Of a stretch of 64,000 nt of DNA, positions 13,481-26,376 are shown piece by piece. The notes under the pieces are model-generated. The model was not told the DNA's origin. It saw only the letters and a list, made by a program, of their open reading frames with translations, and did not search any database. The stretch is taken from the NCBI RefSeq assembly GCF_009914755.1, contig NC_060925.1; one strand, written 5' to 3'. The translations under genes and the position numbers were made by a program. The stretch is from the human T2T-CHM13v2.0 reference genome, Homo sapiens. Numbering within the stretch: position 1 is the first letter of the stretch; each line of letters opens with the position of its first letter.

Positions 13481-16400
13481 CTTGCAAGTTTTATTGAGCT
13501 AAAATGAAACCAGGTTACCCCCATCAGACCATCATCACACACAAGGACCTCACTTCATGAAGCGGCCAGATCTAATTTTGGACTCGATTCTTAGAACATC
13601 CTTCCTTAAACACTAGTCTGTCTCCCTGTAACTTCTACCCATGGGTCCAAAGTATGTCTTTAGAAAACACAGAGAACAATACTTCCATCTTTTCCTCACA
13701 GAACCCTTCCAAGATCTGAGAGTCCAGAAAGCTTCCATCAGAGTTCCCTTCTCCAAGCCACATATCCTTATCAACTTCAAGAGTTCCTAAGGAGACAATA
13801 TGCCGTGAGTCAGGACTCACCCAACCTATCCCCATTCCCAAAGGGCAGGGCCCCAGACCTTTCTCAGGGTATTAGACACCTAAGATCAGACATGCTCTTT
13901 TGACCCCACTTCATATTACCTGTGGTCAACCTAAACTGTGATAAAAGCATGCTTCCCCTTTCTGCAATATATAGAAATGATTTTTGAGTTTGAAATGTAA
14001 ATCATTAGTGTCAACTGCCATAGAGTGGTCAAGCAAGATGACAGCTGAGAAAAACCCAATGGATTTAGTAACGAGGAGGTCACAAGTAATCTTGGCGAAA
14101 GGGGCATCAGTGGACTGAGTGTGGGAGGCAGAAGGCAACCTGCAAAGTGTGGAAAGAGTGAGAGATAAGACAGCGGAGATTACAAGTGCAAAATCCTTTT
14201 CTAGAAAGTTTGGCTACAAGAATCCAGTTGAGATGACTGATTCCACTCCAGAAAGTTCAAGGCAGTCCGGCCTTCCCTCCATTACCCTTCAAATATTTGA
14301 CAGATAGTAACAGAAAATTGATCCCTTTGTTTCAGGCAGTGTATAGTAAGGATTTACTTTTATAAGACCCAAGATATCTCACCTGAATAAGAGGCTACTC
14401 TCAAACATCCAAGTGGCACAGTGACATTAACTACAACTGGTCAGTTTCCTGGAAGGGAAATTCTGGCTGAGGCCAACATGATGAAGGGGTATCCAGATAG
14501 ATGTGCCCATGTGGGATGAAGGACCAAGAACATGAGGAAATGAGGCAAGGTTTTTAAGGATGAAAGGTAGCCTTAGGAGCTAGAATGTGGTTGCCTAAGA
14601 AGCAGAGCTGTAATCTGACAATAATTCTATTTCCTTCAATCTTTCTTTCATGTTCCTTATCCTTCATATTTGTGGAAATGCTTGCTGAACTCAGCTATTT
14701 TAGAAAAATCACATTAAGGTCTATGAGTGAAGGGGGCCACCAGAAGCAGCAGAATCTACAAAGGAATAAGCCAGGGGGACTGGCCAGCAAAAGGCAGGGA
14801 GCCTCGATCTTATTCTCCCCTAGCCAACTGCAGTACTCTCTGATTCTTTTAGTTGACACAGGCCAGGAGTCCTTTTGGCTCTGGCTAGCCCTGGGAGAGG
14901 GATGGGCTTTCTCTTTAGCAGAATTTTAAGGGTAGACATAGCTGTAGGCATTTCCACTGCCTAGGAAGGGTCTAGGTCAGTAGGATGATGCCTATTCTTC
15001 TCAGAGGAAGACCTATCCCAGAGGGGCCACACTGAGGACAGACCAGACAGTCAGGTTGGATACTCAGCCTGAGATATGGCTCAGCAGCAGTCCTGAGTGC
15101 CATTCTGAATCCCATGTCTGACTGATGCACATGGGGGTTAGGCACTATAATTCTCACTCAGGGGCTCTAGTCACTTGCAGGTACACATGCAGTTTGTAGA
15201 CTCACTCGCAGGAATTCAGGTTGCTGAGTAGTCCTCTGGGTCATCCTAGCCCTGTGACTCCAAGACACAAGCTGTACAAATGTAGCAGGGCCCAGCCCCA
15301 TCTTCATGAGAGACATAGGGTCAAATGCCAGAACTTGAGCTTGCAAGTGCCTCATGGGAAGACAGTTACACATCTCTACCACACACCCTACCCCAGCTTA
15401 GAGAGGATCAAGACAGGAAATCTGTGAGGAAGGTGGGTTAGAGTGGTCATCATCCCTTACACAAAAGAGGAAACTGAGACTCAGAGAAGAAAAGGATTTG
15501 CTCAATCATACAACAAGGCAAGGGTAGTACCAGAAACAGAACCTAAAGCTTCTGACTGCACAGGCATAAGCTGTATAGATACACTCAGGGCTCTTTACAG
15601 TCCCTGGGAAGGCAAAGCCTGGGCCTTAGAGAAGCAAGTAGCATAGTGGTCACTGCTCAAGGTCACACCTGGGTTCAAGGTTCTTAGGAGCCTAAGGTCG
15701 GTGGGTATCAGTGGGTACATGGTTCCACCAATTTCTCAGAAAAAAAAAAAAAGTTCCCCAGGCACAAAGGGTCTGAATGCTGTACATTCCTACCAGATTG
15801 TGATTCCAAGAAAAGAGCCACTGGCAGTGGGCCCTGGACTAGCCTGCGGGCACAAACGTGCAGGCAGGTTTATGGTGCCCAGGTCTCCATGCAGCTGGAT
15901 TCACTGGGCACAAAGCTCCCCAACTGCCCAAACATCATCTGGTCATGCTTATTATTGTTGCCCAATGAAATTTTATGCACCGAGTCCACAGGTGTGATTT
16001 CCCCTTCTTTATGAGGGCCGGAATGACATCACTGATGGCCAATAGAAAAGAGCCAATTATGTCCAGGCCATAAAAAGGAATGAGATTTTTTTCAACCAAA
16101 TCAAAACTTCCTTCAGCTTCATGAATGCAAGAGGCCCCTTTAAGGAAGGGTCCCCCAGTCCTGCCTGTGGGCTCTAAACCAAGGGACATGATTGCTTTCC
16201 AAAGACTATGGGTCTAAGGCCAGAAAGGGGGTCCGCCCTTGGCATTTATCATATGATCCTGCTATTACCACACTGGCCCCTCAGGGTCACCTGAAAAGAT
16301 TAACAAGCCCTACCCTCAGACCCTAACTAGCTCCTCTCTATTCCATCCAGGGAAAATGAGATGAGATACTCAAGTTCCTTTATTACTCCTTTTGAATAAC

Positions 16401-18310
16401 AGAAAAGAAAGCAAAGAGCATTCCCCCTACTTAGAAAGAAGAGAACAATATAGAGGAAACAGGGGTGTAAGAAACTGCCCCTCACCCCTATAAGCACACA
16501 GGACAAAGCAAAAGGAGCCAGCCTTCCCCACCCCACTCCTCATTCAGCCCTACCACCTGCAACTGAGCCATACTGGCTGGGCCGAGACAGCCCTGATGGC
16601 AAACAGGTGTGGCTAGCCCGGCGCCAGCCAAGGCAGGGGATAGCTCATTAGGGGAACACCCCCCTCGCTAATGGGTATGGCCACGGTGAAGCCCTTGTGA
16701 GCGGGAGCTCAGCTTTGAAGATTAGGTGAGGCAGATGTGGGGGAGAGCTGCTAGGCTGAGGCAAGGAAAGCTGCACATCCATTGAGGTCTGCCGGACAGA
16801 CTGGCAGACAGGCCAACAGCCAGGACCAGCAAAAGAGCAGGCACCATACTGGAAAAGGCGATGGACACTCTGGCTTTCATGCTTTCATCTCTTTAAGACT
16901 TAGGGGCAGACCCAACTCAGGGAGATGCATGTCATTCTCACTTTTAGCAGACTCAAACCTTTGAAGAGGAGGGAGACCAGCAGACTCTGGAGGCCTCCTT
17001 GGCTCCTTTCTCCCTCTCAAGAAAGGCTGTGGGACCTGGATCTTGGAGTGATGTGGGCTGGCAGTCCTGGTGCCCACCAGCTCCAGGACAGGCACATACT
17101 GTTCGCCTGCAGGAGCAAACTACTGTATTCCATGTGATATGCAGAAATGGGGGAGTATGGAGAGGCTCTGTCTTCTTCAAAGTCATCATGGGACCATGGA
17201 GGCACAGAAGGCCCAGGCTTGGAGAGAAGTGGGCCAGTAGAAGCCAACCAACCAGCCAGTTGGAAGATCCTGCCACAGGGACACCTGTGAGGGGTGGGTG
17301 GGCTTGCTTCCATGCAGAGTTGCCACACTTGCTCATTCCAATACACTCTCAAAGAATGCTGTCCCTAGCGGCCCTGCAGCTCATAACTGCCACGATTTCC
17401 TATGCTTCTCTCCAAGTCTTGAGCCTCAGGAAAGGGCCCATTCCCACTGGATCCCAGTCAGGGAGCCCTATCTAGTCAGAGCCTCCATGGGCAGCATGAT
17501 TTGAGTCGGTATCCAGCACGTTCAGGCTACTCCAGCCGAGGCAGCACTTAGCTGGGGACACAGCTCTTTGTCTCTCCTGTTTCCATTCCCCCACCCAGAG
17601 GAGATAAACAGACCCTGGGTGATAAACAGCCCGCCTTTCATGATCACTTTTCCTCAAGTTGAGGAGAGTAGCTAGTGATGGATGGGCTGGAATTTGGTTA
17701 TCAGGAAGGGCTGTCAGCCAGAGGTGCCTATCTCCTCCCCCACTACGCAGGGCATCATTACACTGTGGCATCGAGGTAAAATATGACCAAGGGGAGGGAA
17801 GGAAGAAAGAGGGGAAGGCTGAGCTTACACATGGAGCAAATTGAGCAACAATGAGAGCAGGCACGAGGCTGGGACGTTAGTTATCTGCCCGTGACACCTT
17901 TTATCTCTGCACAAATTGGTCCTTCCTCCCCCACTGCATCCTCTTATACAAACAGAGGCAGACACAATGTGTCACCACTGCAACAGCGTAGCAATTTAAC
18001 CCGAATTAGTGAGGGGGTCAAGCTAGGAAATAGGGGTTTCTCATTTCAACAGGTTCCTTAGTCTCAGCTCTGAACTACCACATTGAGCGGAGGAGGGTAG
18101 AGAGAAGGCAGACTCATAATTGAATTCACTCTCTTGGCCGCTGCTGATGTATAAAAAATTAATGCATGAGCCTCCTACTTATCAAAGCTGGTTAGTATCT
18201 ATCTCACCTGCAAGATCCACCATGTCAGAAGACACAGCATGGCAGGCCTAGCACTCAGTGCCTTTAGTCGGGATAGGAATCAGCAAAAACAGGAAGAGAA
18301 AAGCACTGCC

Positions 18311-19038
18311 CAGGTGGCCTGGAAGCATCCTCAAAGGCCATTGCAGGTTTGGTCTCAATCGATCTCCTTATAGCCAGAATCCCTTCTATGAGGCCTTATT
18401 TGTAAAGCATGTTACCCTTGGTTGGCCATAAACCCCTGCAGAAGCCTACAGGATAGAGTGCTGGCGAGGGCTGGGGATACTATAGGAGATCACATCAAAG
18501 CTGGTCCTTGACAGTTCAAGAATACACTTCAGCCTACACAGAAAAAAGGCTGGCTCCACCTCCAACAGAAGATGTCCAGGTTGTTTTATGAATAACCCCT
18601 CAGACAGAGAGTCCCACACTGCTGCGCCTGAAACTGAGGATGCCATTGGCAGCACTGATGGCACTGACAAGGCAAAACAGCAAGGAGGAGAGGAGCCTGG
18701 CCTTTTCCCCAGTGACCTCGCCTACTGCAGGACCTGGAGTTACAGATGGAGAAGGCACCTTGGGACTCATTCTCCCCATCAAAGTCCCCTGATGGTGGGG
18801 CATGCGGTTCAACCCCTGTCCAGTACCACAGCTCCACTACACTAAGATAACTTGGTCAAATGACCATGTGTCCTGGGGTAAGTGACTTCACCTCCATGCC
18901 CTGCTCTGTGAGGGTTAAAGGAGCCAACCAAGGGTAACATGCTTTACAAATAAGGCCTCATAGAAGGGATTCTGGCTATAAGGAGATCGATTGAGACCAA
19001 ACCTGTAATGGCCTTTGGAGATGCTTCCAGGCCACCTG
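18311..19038. repeat. Long inverted repeat: arms 18311-18426 and 18923-19038 (116 bp, 3 mismatches), 496-nt spacer
   Basis: Base-by-base comparison of the left arm with the reverse complement of the right arm. Confidence 0.95.
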
Positions 19039-22000
19039 CATTGACAAGACAGTGCCTTGGTCAGGAAAAGGATACTGGAGAAGGCTTGCTGGGGGTGACA
19101 GGAAAAGGGAAAGTTCCAGAACCACTCCACAGCTGCAAAACAAATTCCAAGAAGCTTGGGCTGAGGGAAGGAGATATGAATAGAGGAAGCACCTTGGGAC
19201 TCATTCTCCAAATCCAAAGAATCAGCACACAAATACCAAGGAACAAAAGCCAAGACCCCAGGCCAGACACAAAATGAGAGAGCTTTCTACCTCAACCGAC
19301 CACTTTATATTCAGGAGTATCACTGAGACCCAGGACCCTCAGACAGAGGCTAGTGGAACCTGATTTCTCTCTTGAGAGAGCTTCCAGGCCCACTCAGAAG
19401 ATAACCATAGCAGACACAGAATGGTCACTGCAGGAGTGACTACTGAGAAGTGGCCATCTCACTTCTGCTGGTGGGAGGGCAATGTCAAGGGCACTCAGAG
19501 ACTCAGCTGCAATTCCCCAGGCTCAAGCAAGTGTGCGTGCATGCACACGTGCGGTCCCTCCATTCTCCTCTGCCTGCCCACAGCCCTGGGGGGAATGCAC
19601 TGCTGACTTATCAGCCCACTTTGCCCCCACACTTGCCCCCTTCCTCTGGGACGGCTGCAGGTTACAATTCCAACCACAGGCTTCAGAAAGATGATACACT
19701 TGCTGGAGCCTGCAAAGGGTCAGGAGAGAGTACTGTTTGAAATACCAGCATGACAGCTGGCTCCTTGTCTGTCTCTTCCTCCCCAACCCCCTCCCCAAAC
19801 TTGTCATGGTACAAGAAGTCTATAAGCAGCCCATCAGCTTTAAATATCAGTGTGCGTGAAGCAGGAGCACGAGAGCAAGGGAGCGGGAAGCCGACAGCGA
19901 GCGCCTCTGTCGCCACTGCCTGTCAGGGAACACTAATGAATTTCACCACCAACAGCCAGGCTTCAGATGGGGGTGAGCTGGGGGCTGGAGGGTTTTCTAG
20001 GGAGAACTCTGGCAGTATTAAAACATATTTTCCCAAAGCCCTGTTAATAAATGTCATGGCGGAGCTGAGAACTATGGCCTACCACCAGGACTTCAATGGC
20101 AGAAAGGGGTGGGGCAAGCCCCGCTGTCCTCTCAAACAGGGAGGAGAGTGCAAGCATGATGCTGGAGGGAGCTGGCTGAGCCCCAAGGTGAGGCCGGGTG
20201 ACCTCGGCAAGCCTCTCACTTTGTCTTGCCACCATTACCCTTCCACATCTCATCAAGGTCTTGGGATGCCTTGTTGAGAGGACTAGGATAAGAAGGAAAG
20301 GCCTGAGGCAGGGAGAGATGACCAGCTGTGCCTTCCTGGCCAGACTTACCACCCACCCCACCTCAACCAACTTCAGCTCACTCACTTCACAGTGAGGCCC
20401 CACGGCAAGGGGTTACAGGTCATGCTTCCAGATCCAGGCGAGGTGGGGTAAGAAACTCTGGCACCAGTCCTAACAGGAAGCTACATTTCCCCCACAGATG
20501 TCAGGAGCCAGAGCTCCTTATTATTTTACAGATAAAGGAATGGAGGATGAGAGTGGGAATGTGACTTTCCCAAGACCCTACAACTAGAAAGCAGTAAAGC
20601 CAGGAATCGAAACTAGGTCTCTTCATTCTAAAAGCCCTGTTCTTTCCACAATGCCACACAGCTTCTTTGAGGAAGGGCTGATCACCTCACTGTCTCCTGT
20701 GTGTCCTCTACTCTCAGGCTCTGCCCTTCCCCTCCACTTCCCCCTACTGGTACACACGCACCTCTGGCCTGGCACGGGTCACGGCTGCCATGTAACACTG
20801 GGCTGGGCTCCAGGCCAGGGTGAACCCAGCCGGGCAGAGAAAGCCCTGGGAATGAGCCAGGCCATCACCTGGGAGTCTCCACAGCTCACAGGACATGGCT
20901 GCAGGCATAAGCCCTCCCACGGGTGCCCTCTGCACAGCTCTGAGCAGGAGTGTCTGATCTGGCAGCGACCTGCTGTGCAGGGGGCAAATGACATTTAATT
21001 TCCTCTTGGTTTCCCTATAGTACAGATGAAAGGCCGTCACCTGCGTCTGGGTCTGGCGGCACAGCTGGAAGTGTTCCCAGACATGCTACTCTGGAGAGTT
21101 CCCAACAGAAACCAGAACACAGGCAGTGCAGAGGGATGCTCCATGGTCCAGGCTGCTGGTGCCATGTTGCTCAAATCCCTAGTGCCAAAGTTGCTCAAAG
21201 TCTCCAAAAGACACTGTATATGCATATAGCGCCTCCCTGATCCATGGCTCTTTATCCTATCTGCCAACTGTCTCTCATTTCTTCCCTATGGAGACCATAT
21301 GAAGCATACAAGTGCCACAAACACGCTGTGGAACCATATGACAAGCACCTCCCCAGTGCCACAAATAGTCCTTAAAATTCTGTAACTTGTATCTCCCCAG
21401 CCCCTCTCTAGGGAAATAATAAGACAAGTGCCTCTCCGGTGTCCTTTCCATGGCAACTCATCAGGGAAAGGCACAGTGCCCCATCTGTCATGACTGTAGA
21501 AGTGCTGGAGCTGCCACCAGGGCCTGGCCAGAGCTCTCTTTCCTAGATGGAATGGCAGAAGCCCCAGTAGGGAGTGGCTATGGAGAGGAGGCTGAGCAAG
21601 TGATGGGAGGTTTCCAAGACACTGTGGTCAGTGCCTCAGCTAATGAGCTATTCTCTTTTTGGCCAGGGAAACCAGGAGCTCCTTAGCAGATTGAGCTGTC
21701 TCCAAGATAACTCACTCATCCCACTACAGTCTTCCCCTGGCCTGTGGCCATCTTGACCCTATGCCTGAACTGCCGTTGTGTGGCCTATGATGCCCTCTGG
21801 AGGCTCCGCAGAGAGGCATCCTCCTAGCGTTCAGGATCTGGGTTGCAGTCTGACCTCCGCTCTCATATAGGTACTCAAGACACAGCTGTACCCTTAACCT
21901 TCTAGCTGGTCTCCTCTGCCCTGATTCCAGCTCCCCTGACACCTTCAAGAGGTATAAGCACTTGTCCTATACAGAGTAAGACTTCTGGGCGGGCATTAGA

Positions 22001-25000
22001 ATAGGCTAGTGATTTTTAAAGTGTGCTCCATGGAGTTCTAGGGTTCTAAGGAGGAACATCAGGCTACTTCATGGACTGGGGGAAAAGGAGGAAGAATGGG
22101 AGAGGAAGAATGGGCAGGGCTTTTCCCCATCTTCAACCAGATTCACATTGGGCTTTAAAATTCTGTTCAAAAGAAAAAAAAGTTTAGTACTAAAAAAAAT
22201 ACTACCATTCCATCTCTCTACAGTGCTCCTCTGGATTCTCACAGCATTTGTGTTGTGCCTTCATTGTAGTGTTTTCATACTCTACCTTACTTACCCTATA
22301 GTTAGGTATATGTGTGCTGGTCTTTCTGTCCTGATCACTTGGCAGTCCCCATAGTCCCCAGCACAGTACTTACAGGGCCCAGAGCAGCTCTCAACAGGTG
22401 CTGACTTTAGGCTACTACCGGAATGCCAGCACTTCCGGGATATGCTGGGGTCAGCACCTTCAATGGCAATTTCCAACAGGATTCCTTGGGAGAGAAGAGC
22501 TGCAGTGGAGGGTAACTGATATTTACTGAAAGGTCCTCGTGAAGATGTATATATAGCACATGACACTCTTAAATCAATGAATGGGACACATCTGCTACCA
22601 CGAGCAATCATCTAAATCAACTTTCAGGGGACCAAACAGACTTTTGCATTTGGCCAATCTTTGGGAAAAATGCAACAAATTTCAACAGGAAACATCACTC
22701 ATTAGAAGCTTCCAAACCCTGTGTGTGGGACCATGGGAACATAGGATGATGTTCATCAGCTGAGCATTCAAGGGTCTGTCCCCTGGCTTCCTGTAGCCTG
22801 TAAAGGAATCACTAGTCCCATGATTCTGGCTATAGGACTGACAATGGGTAAAGCCCCTTGGCCCCATCAACCAAGCCTACTGCGTGGGCCTCCTTCTCCA
22901 GCTAGGTTTAGGGAGGGGGCCAGGAAGGCAAGGGACTGTGCTCGTCCTAGCTAAAGCCACTTGTTAATAGGCCCTAGATTCCTTTATCCCTGGGGAAAGG
23001 AAGGTAGCAATGAGCTCTCTTCTCCACCCCCCTCCACCGTGCCTCCCAGCAGTGCCAGGGAGGACAGCCATTAGTGTGTGCCTCAGCAGACAATGGGGAG
23101 GAGAAGTCTCCAGAGCAAAGGACAACTGCAGCAATTAGAATGCAGGGAGGTTCAGAAGCTATTTAACTGGGTGACCCCTGAGGTCGCTGCATCTGACTCC
23201 CATCCCTGGATAAATATTGTATGAGAGGGGAGGGGGCGAGCGAGGGAGCCAGAATGCTGCTCCTCCTTCCATTCCTTTCCCCACCCCACGCGCTGCCTCC
23301 AGCCACATACACCAGGAACATTATTTACAGTCCTGACAGTCAGAGCAATCACTCTGCTAACCAAGAGGGAATGGACAAAGTCGACTTACCAAAAATTGAC
23401 TATGGCAATTGAAGAAGAAACCAGAGCTGAGCCAACACAGATGCAAGGCTCCCTCCACAATCTGGGTCCAGTTGAAGCAAATGTTCTGTAACCCTAAAAC
23501 CCAAAACTACTGGCAGGTGAAGCTGGTCTCAATGGCAGAGAGTAAATCAGAAAAATAGAGCATCCTTCCACCTTTTAGGGGCCCCATAATGGAAAACTCC
23601 TGGCTCTCATCACTACCTAGGTGCTCCTTGGCAAAGATGGGAGTCCTAGCTACCTGCCCAGAGGAAGCCAAACCAGCTACATGCCACTTGTCCAGCTTGC
23701 CCCTTAGCTGACCTAGTTGGGAAAGGCCAAGAGCAAGAAAGTCAGATATTGCAGAAAGGGGTCAGGGTGGTGGAAGAAGAGAGTGTTTGAGTGCAGGCTG
23801 TGCCTCAGCCCCCACATGCACCGCTCCTCCAGTCCTGCTCTAATGCACCCTGACATGCCTCTGAAGACAGAGAGCTGTTTGCAGTCAGCACCGTGATTTG
23901 TTAGTAATTATTTCCATGGTGTCACATTGCTGTCACTCTGTTAACAAAGAGACAGGCTGCCTCGGGCTGCCTGCGAGAAAGAAATCGCAGAGAAAAAGGC
24001 CTGTCAGGCTCCCGGGATTCTCTGGGCTGGCTGGCTTTCTTCCCCAAACCAACATCCTCGCAAGCTTTGGAAGAAACAGTTTTACAGAACTATCAAGTCT
24101 GAGTTGTGTCACCCTTTAGCCAGGGACACTGAGAATTTATCCCACCCACTCATAGTTGCCCTTCCCAAAGCCCTACAAAGCTAAGCCCCCAGAGTCCACA
24201 AATCATTCAGGCATGGGCCACTATGCCAGGTGAAGCCTTGAGTTCCCCAGCCTTCAACTCCTAAGACCTCTGCTCCCTGACTCATCATCTTCACTGGGGT
24301 GTTCACAGCCTCTCATGTGCTCTTAGGAACCCGACCAAAGAAACCTAATTCAGACCAAGCAGAAGCAGCCACCCTATTGGCATGGCTGGGGAATAAGAAG
24401 AATATGATGGCAGGGCATCTTTGCCTCTTGAATCTGCCAGCCCCAGTTCAGGAGCATAGTGGCTCAGGTGCCAACACCCCTGTAGCCTTCATGTGCCTCT
24501 GCATCTGTGAAGAGACACTTATGGAGCTGTCTCCGCATGTGACCTGTCTTTCCCAGTGCCTGGATCTGCATAGCATCTGCACTAGGAGAACTGGTGGTTT
24601 GCTTTAGCACAAAGTAATGTCTCCATTACCCTGGCTGGGAATTAGAGGACAGATTGGCAAGCGCTGACAAAACAGAGGTCACTCACCTTACAGGCATGGA
24701 AAGTTGGAGATTAATTCTCTCCTCTCACAGAGGGAATCAGACTCCAGGATAGTGGAAGGGAAGCACCAATATTGAGAAACCCTTTCACTGCCAAGCAGCA
24801 GCAACAGCAGCTAATGTCACCCGTACCAATATCAGCAGAAAAGGAAGATAAAAGGCCACAAGCCCTAGAGAAGTCCTGCCAAGGTGGCAAGGGCTTTGCC
24901 ATCTAGCTCCTGCAGAATCCCAAAGGACAGAAGAGCCTGGACATGACTAGGATTCTTCAAGCATTAGGTCCAAAAGGCAGACAGCTGCAAGCACTGGAAT

Positions 25001-25379
25001 GCAAACTCCATGAAGGCAGGATGTCTGGGAAGTTTTCTTTCTTTATTCACTGCTGTATCCTTAATACCTAGAGCAGTGCAGAGCACATAGCAGGTTGTCA
25101 ACACATCTGCTGAAAGAATAAATAAATGAGTCAATACAGCTCAAAGGCCACTTCCACAGGGGCCAGTCTCTCCCTATCACAAGACCTCAGAGAAGAGGGA
25201 GGACAGTGTGGGTTCCAGAATAGACAGGGAAGACCACATGGCCAAAGGACTGGAATTAGATTTGAAAGGGTGAGGGGGATTGGGACAAGCTGATGGGCAT
25301 AGGGAGATTCTCATATTAAATTGAAGATTCACATATTCATTCAGCAAACATATACTAAATAACTAAATACAGTATAATA

Positions 25380-26080
25380 GATGTTCCAACAAAAAAAGAA
25401 TAAATAAAATGTAGTATAATACAATGGAATACTACACAGAAATATAATAAAAAGCCTAAATTCTTGATACATACAATGCACAGGAATCTCCTATACATTA
25501 TGTTATGCAAAAGAAGTCAGACACAGGTCGGGTGCGGTGTCTCATGCCTGTAATCTCAGCACTTTGGGAGGCCAAGGCAGGCAGACTGCTTGAGCTCAGG
25601 AGTTCGAGAACAGCCTGGGCTACATGGCAAAACCCCGTCTCCACAAAAAAAAATACAAAAACTAGCTGGGCGCAGTGGCATGTACCTATAGTCCCAGCTA
25701 CTCGGAAGGTTGGGGTGAGAGGATGACTTGAGCCCACGGAGGTAGAGGTTGCAGTGAGCCAAAATCACAGCACTGAACTCTAGCCTGGGTGAAAGAAGTC
25801 AGACACAAAAGAGTATGCCTTGCATGATTCCATTTATACGAAAGCCAACAATAGGTAAAAACTAACCAAAACTAACAGAAGTCAGAACGGTGGTTAGCTG
25901 GCAAGGGGAAGGCATCACTGACTGGGAAGAGGCACGAGGGAACTTTCTGGGATGATGAAAAAGGTTCTTGATCTTGACCTGGGTGGTAGTTACCCAGGTG
26001 TATACTTGTATAAAAATATATTGAGCTATATACACTTCACATTTGTGTATTTATGCATCTGTACCTATTTCATACCTCAA
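25380..26080 (+). mobile_element. Old L1M (ME/MC-like) 3' end, interrupted by an Alu
   Basis: aatggaatactac...aagaagtcagacacaaaagagta...atgattccatttata...gggaactttctgggatgatg...cttgacctgggtggtagttac. Confidence 0.8.
25526..25791 (+). mobile_element. Tailless AluJ-like element with a 16-bp TSD (aaagaagtcagacaca)
   Basis: The Alu stops at agcctgggtg and is followed directly by the TSD. Confidence 0.9.

Positions 26081-26376
<296 letters not shown>

Noticed and set aside
18311-19038. Interpretation of the inverted repeat as DNA-transposon terminal repeats
   Set aside because: No target-site duplication, and 97% arm identity is too high for an extinct primate DNA transposon unless the arms were homogenised by conversion.
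19750-20277. 175-aa + strand ORF
   Set aside because: No recognisable domain, overlapped by other random ORFs, and antisense within an intron. It is in the size range expected by chance in GC-rich sequence.
23380-23395. Isolated consensus donors on the sense strand (TTG|gtaagt near 23388, ATG|gtaagt near 58825)
   Set aside because: I found no convincing upstream acceptor, and GTAAGT is frequent by chance.
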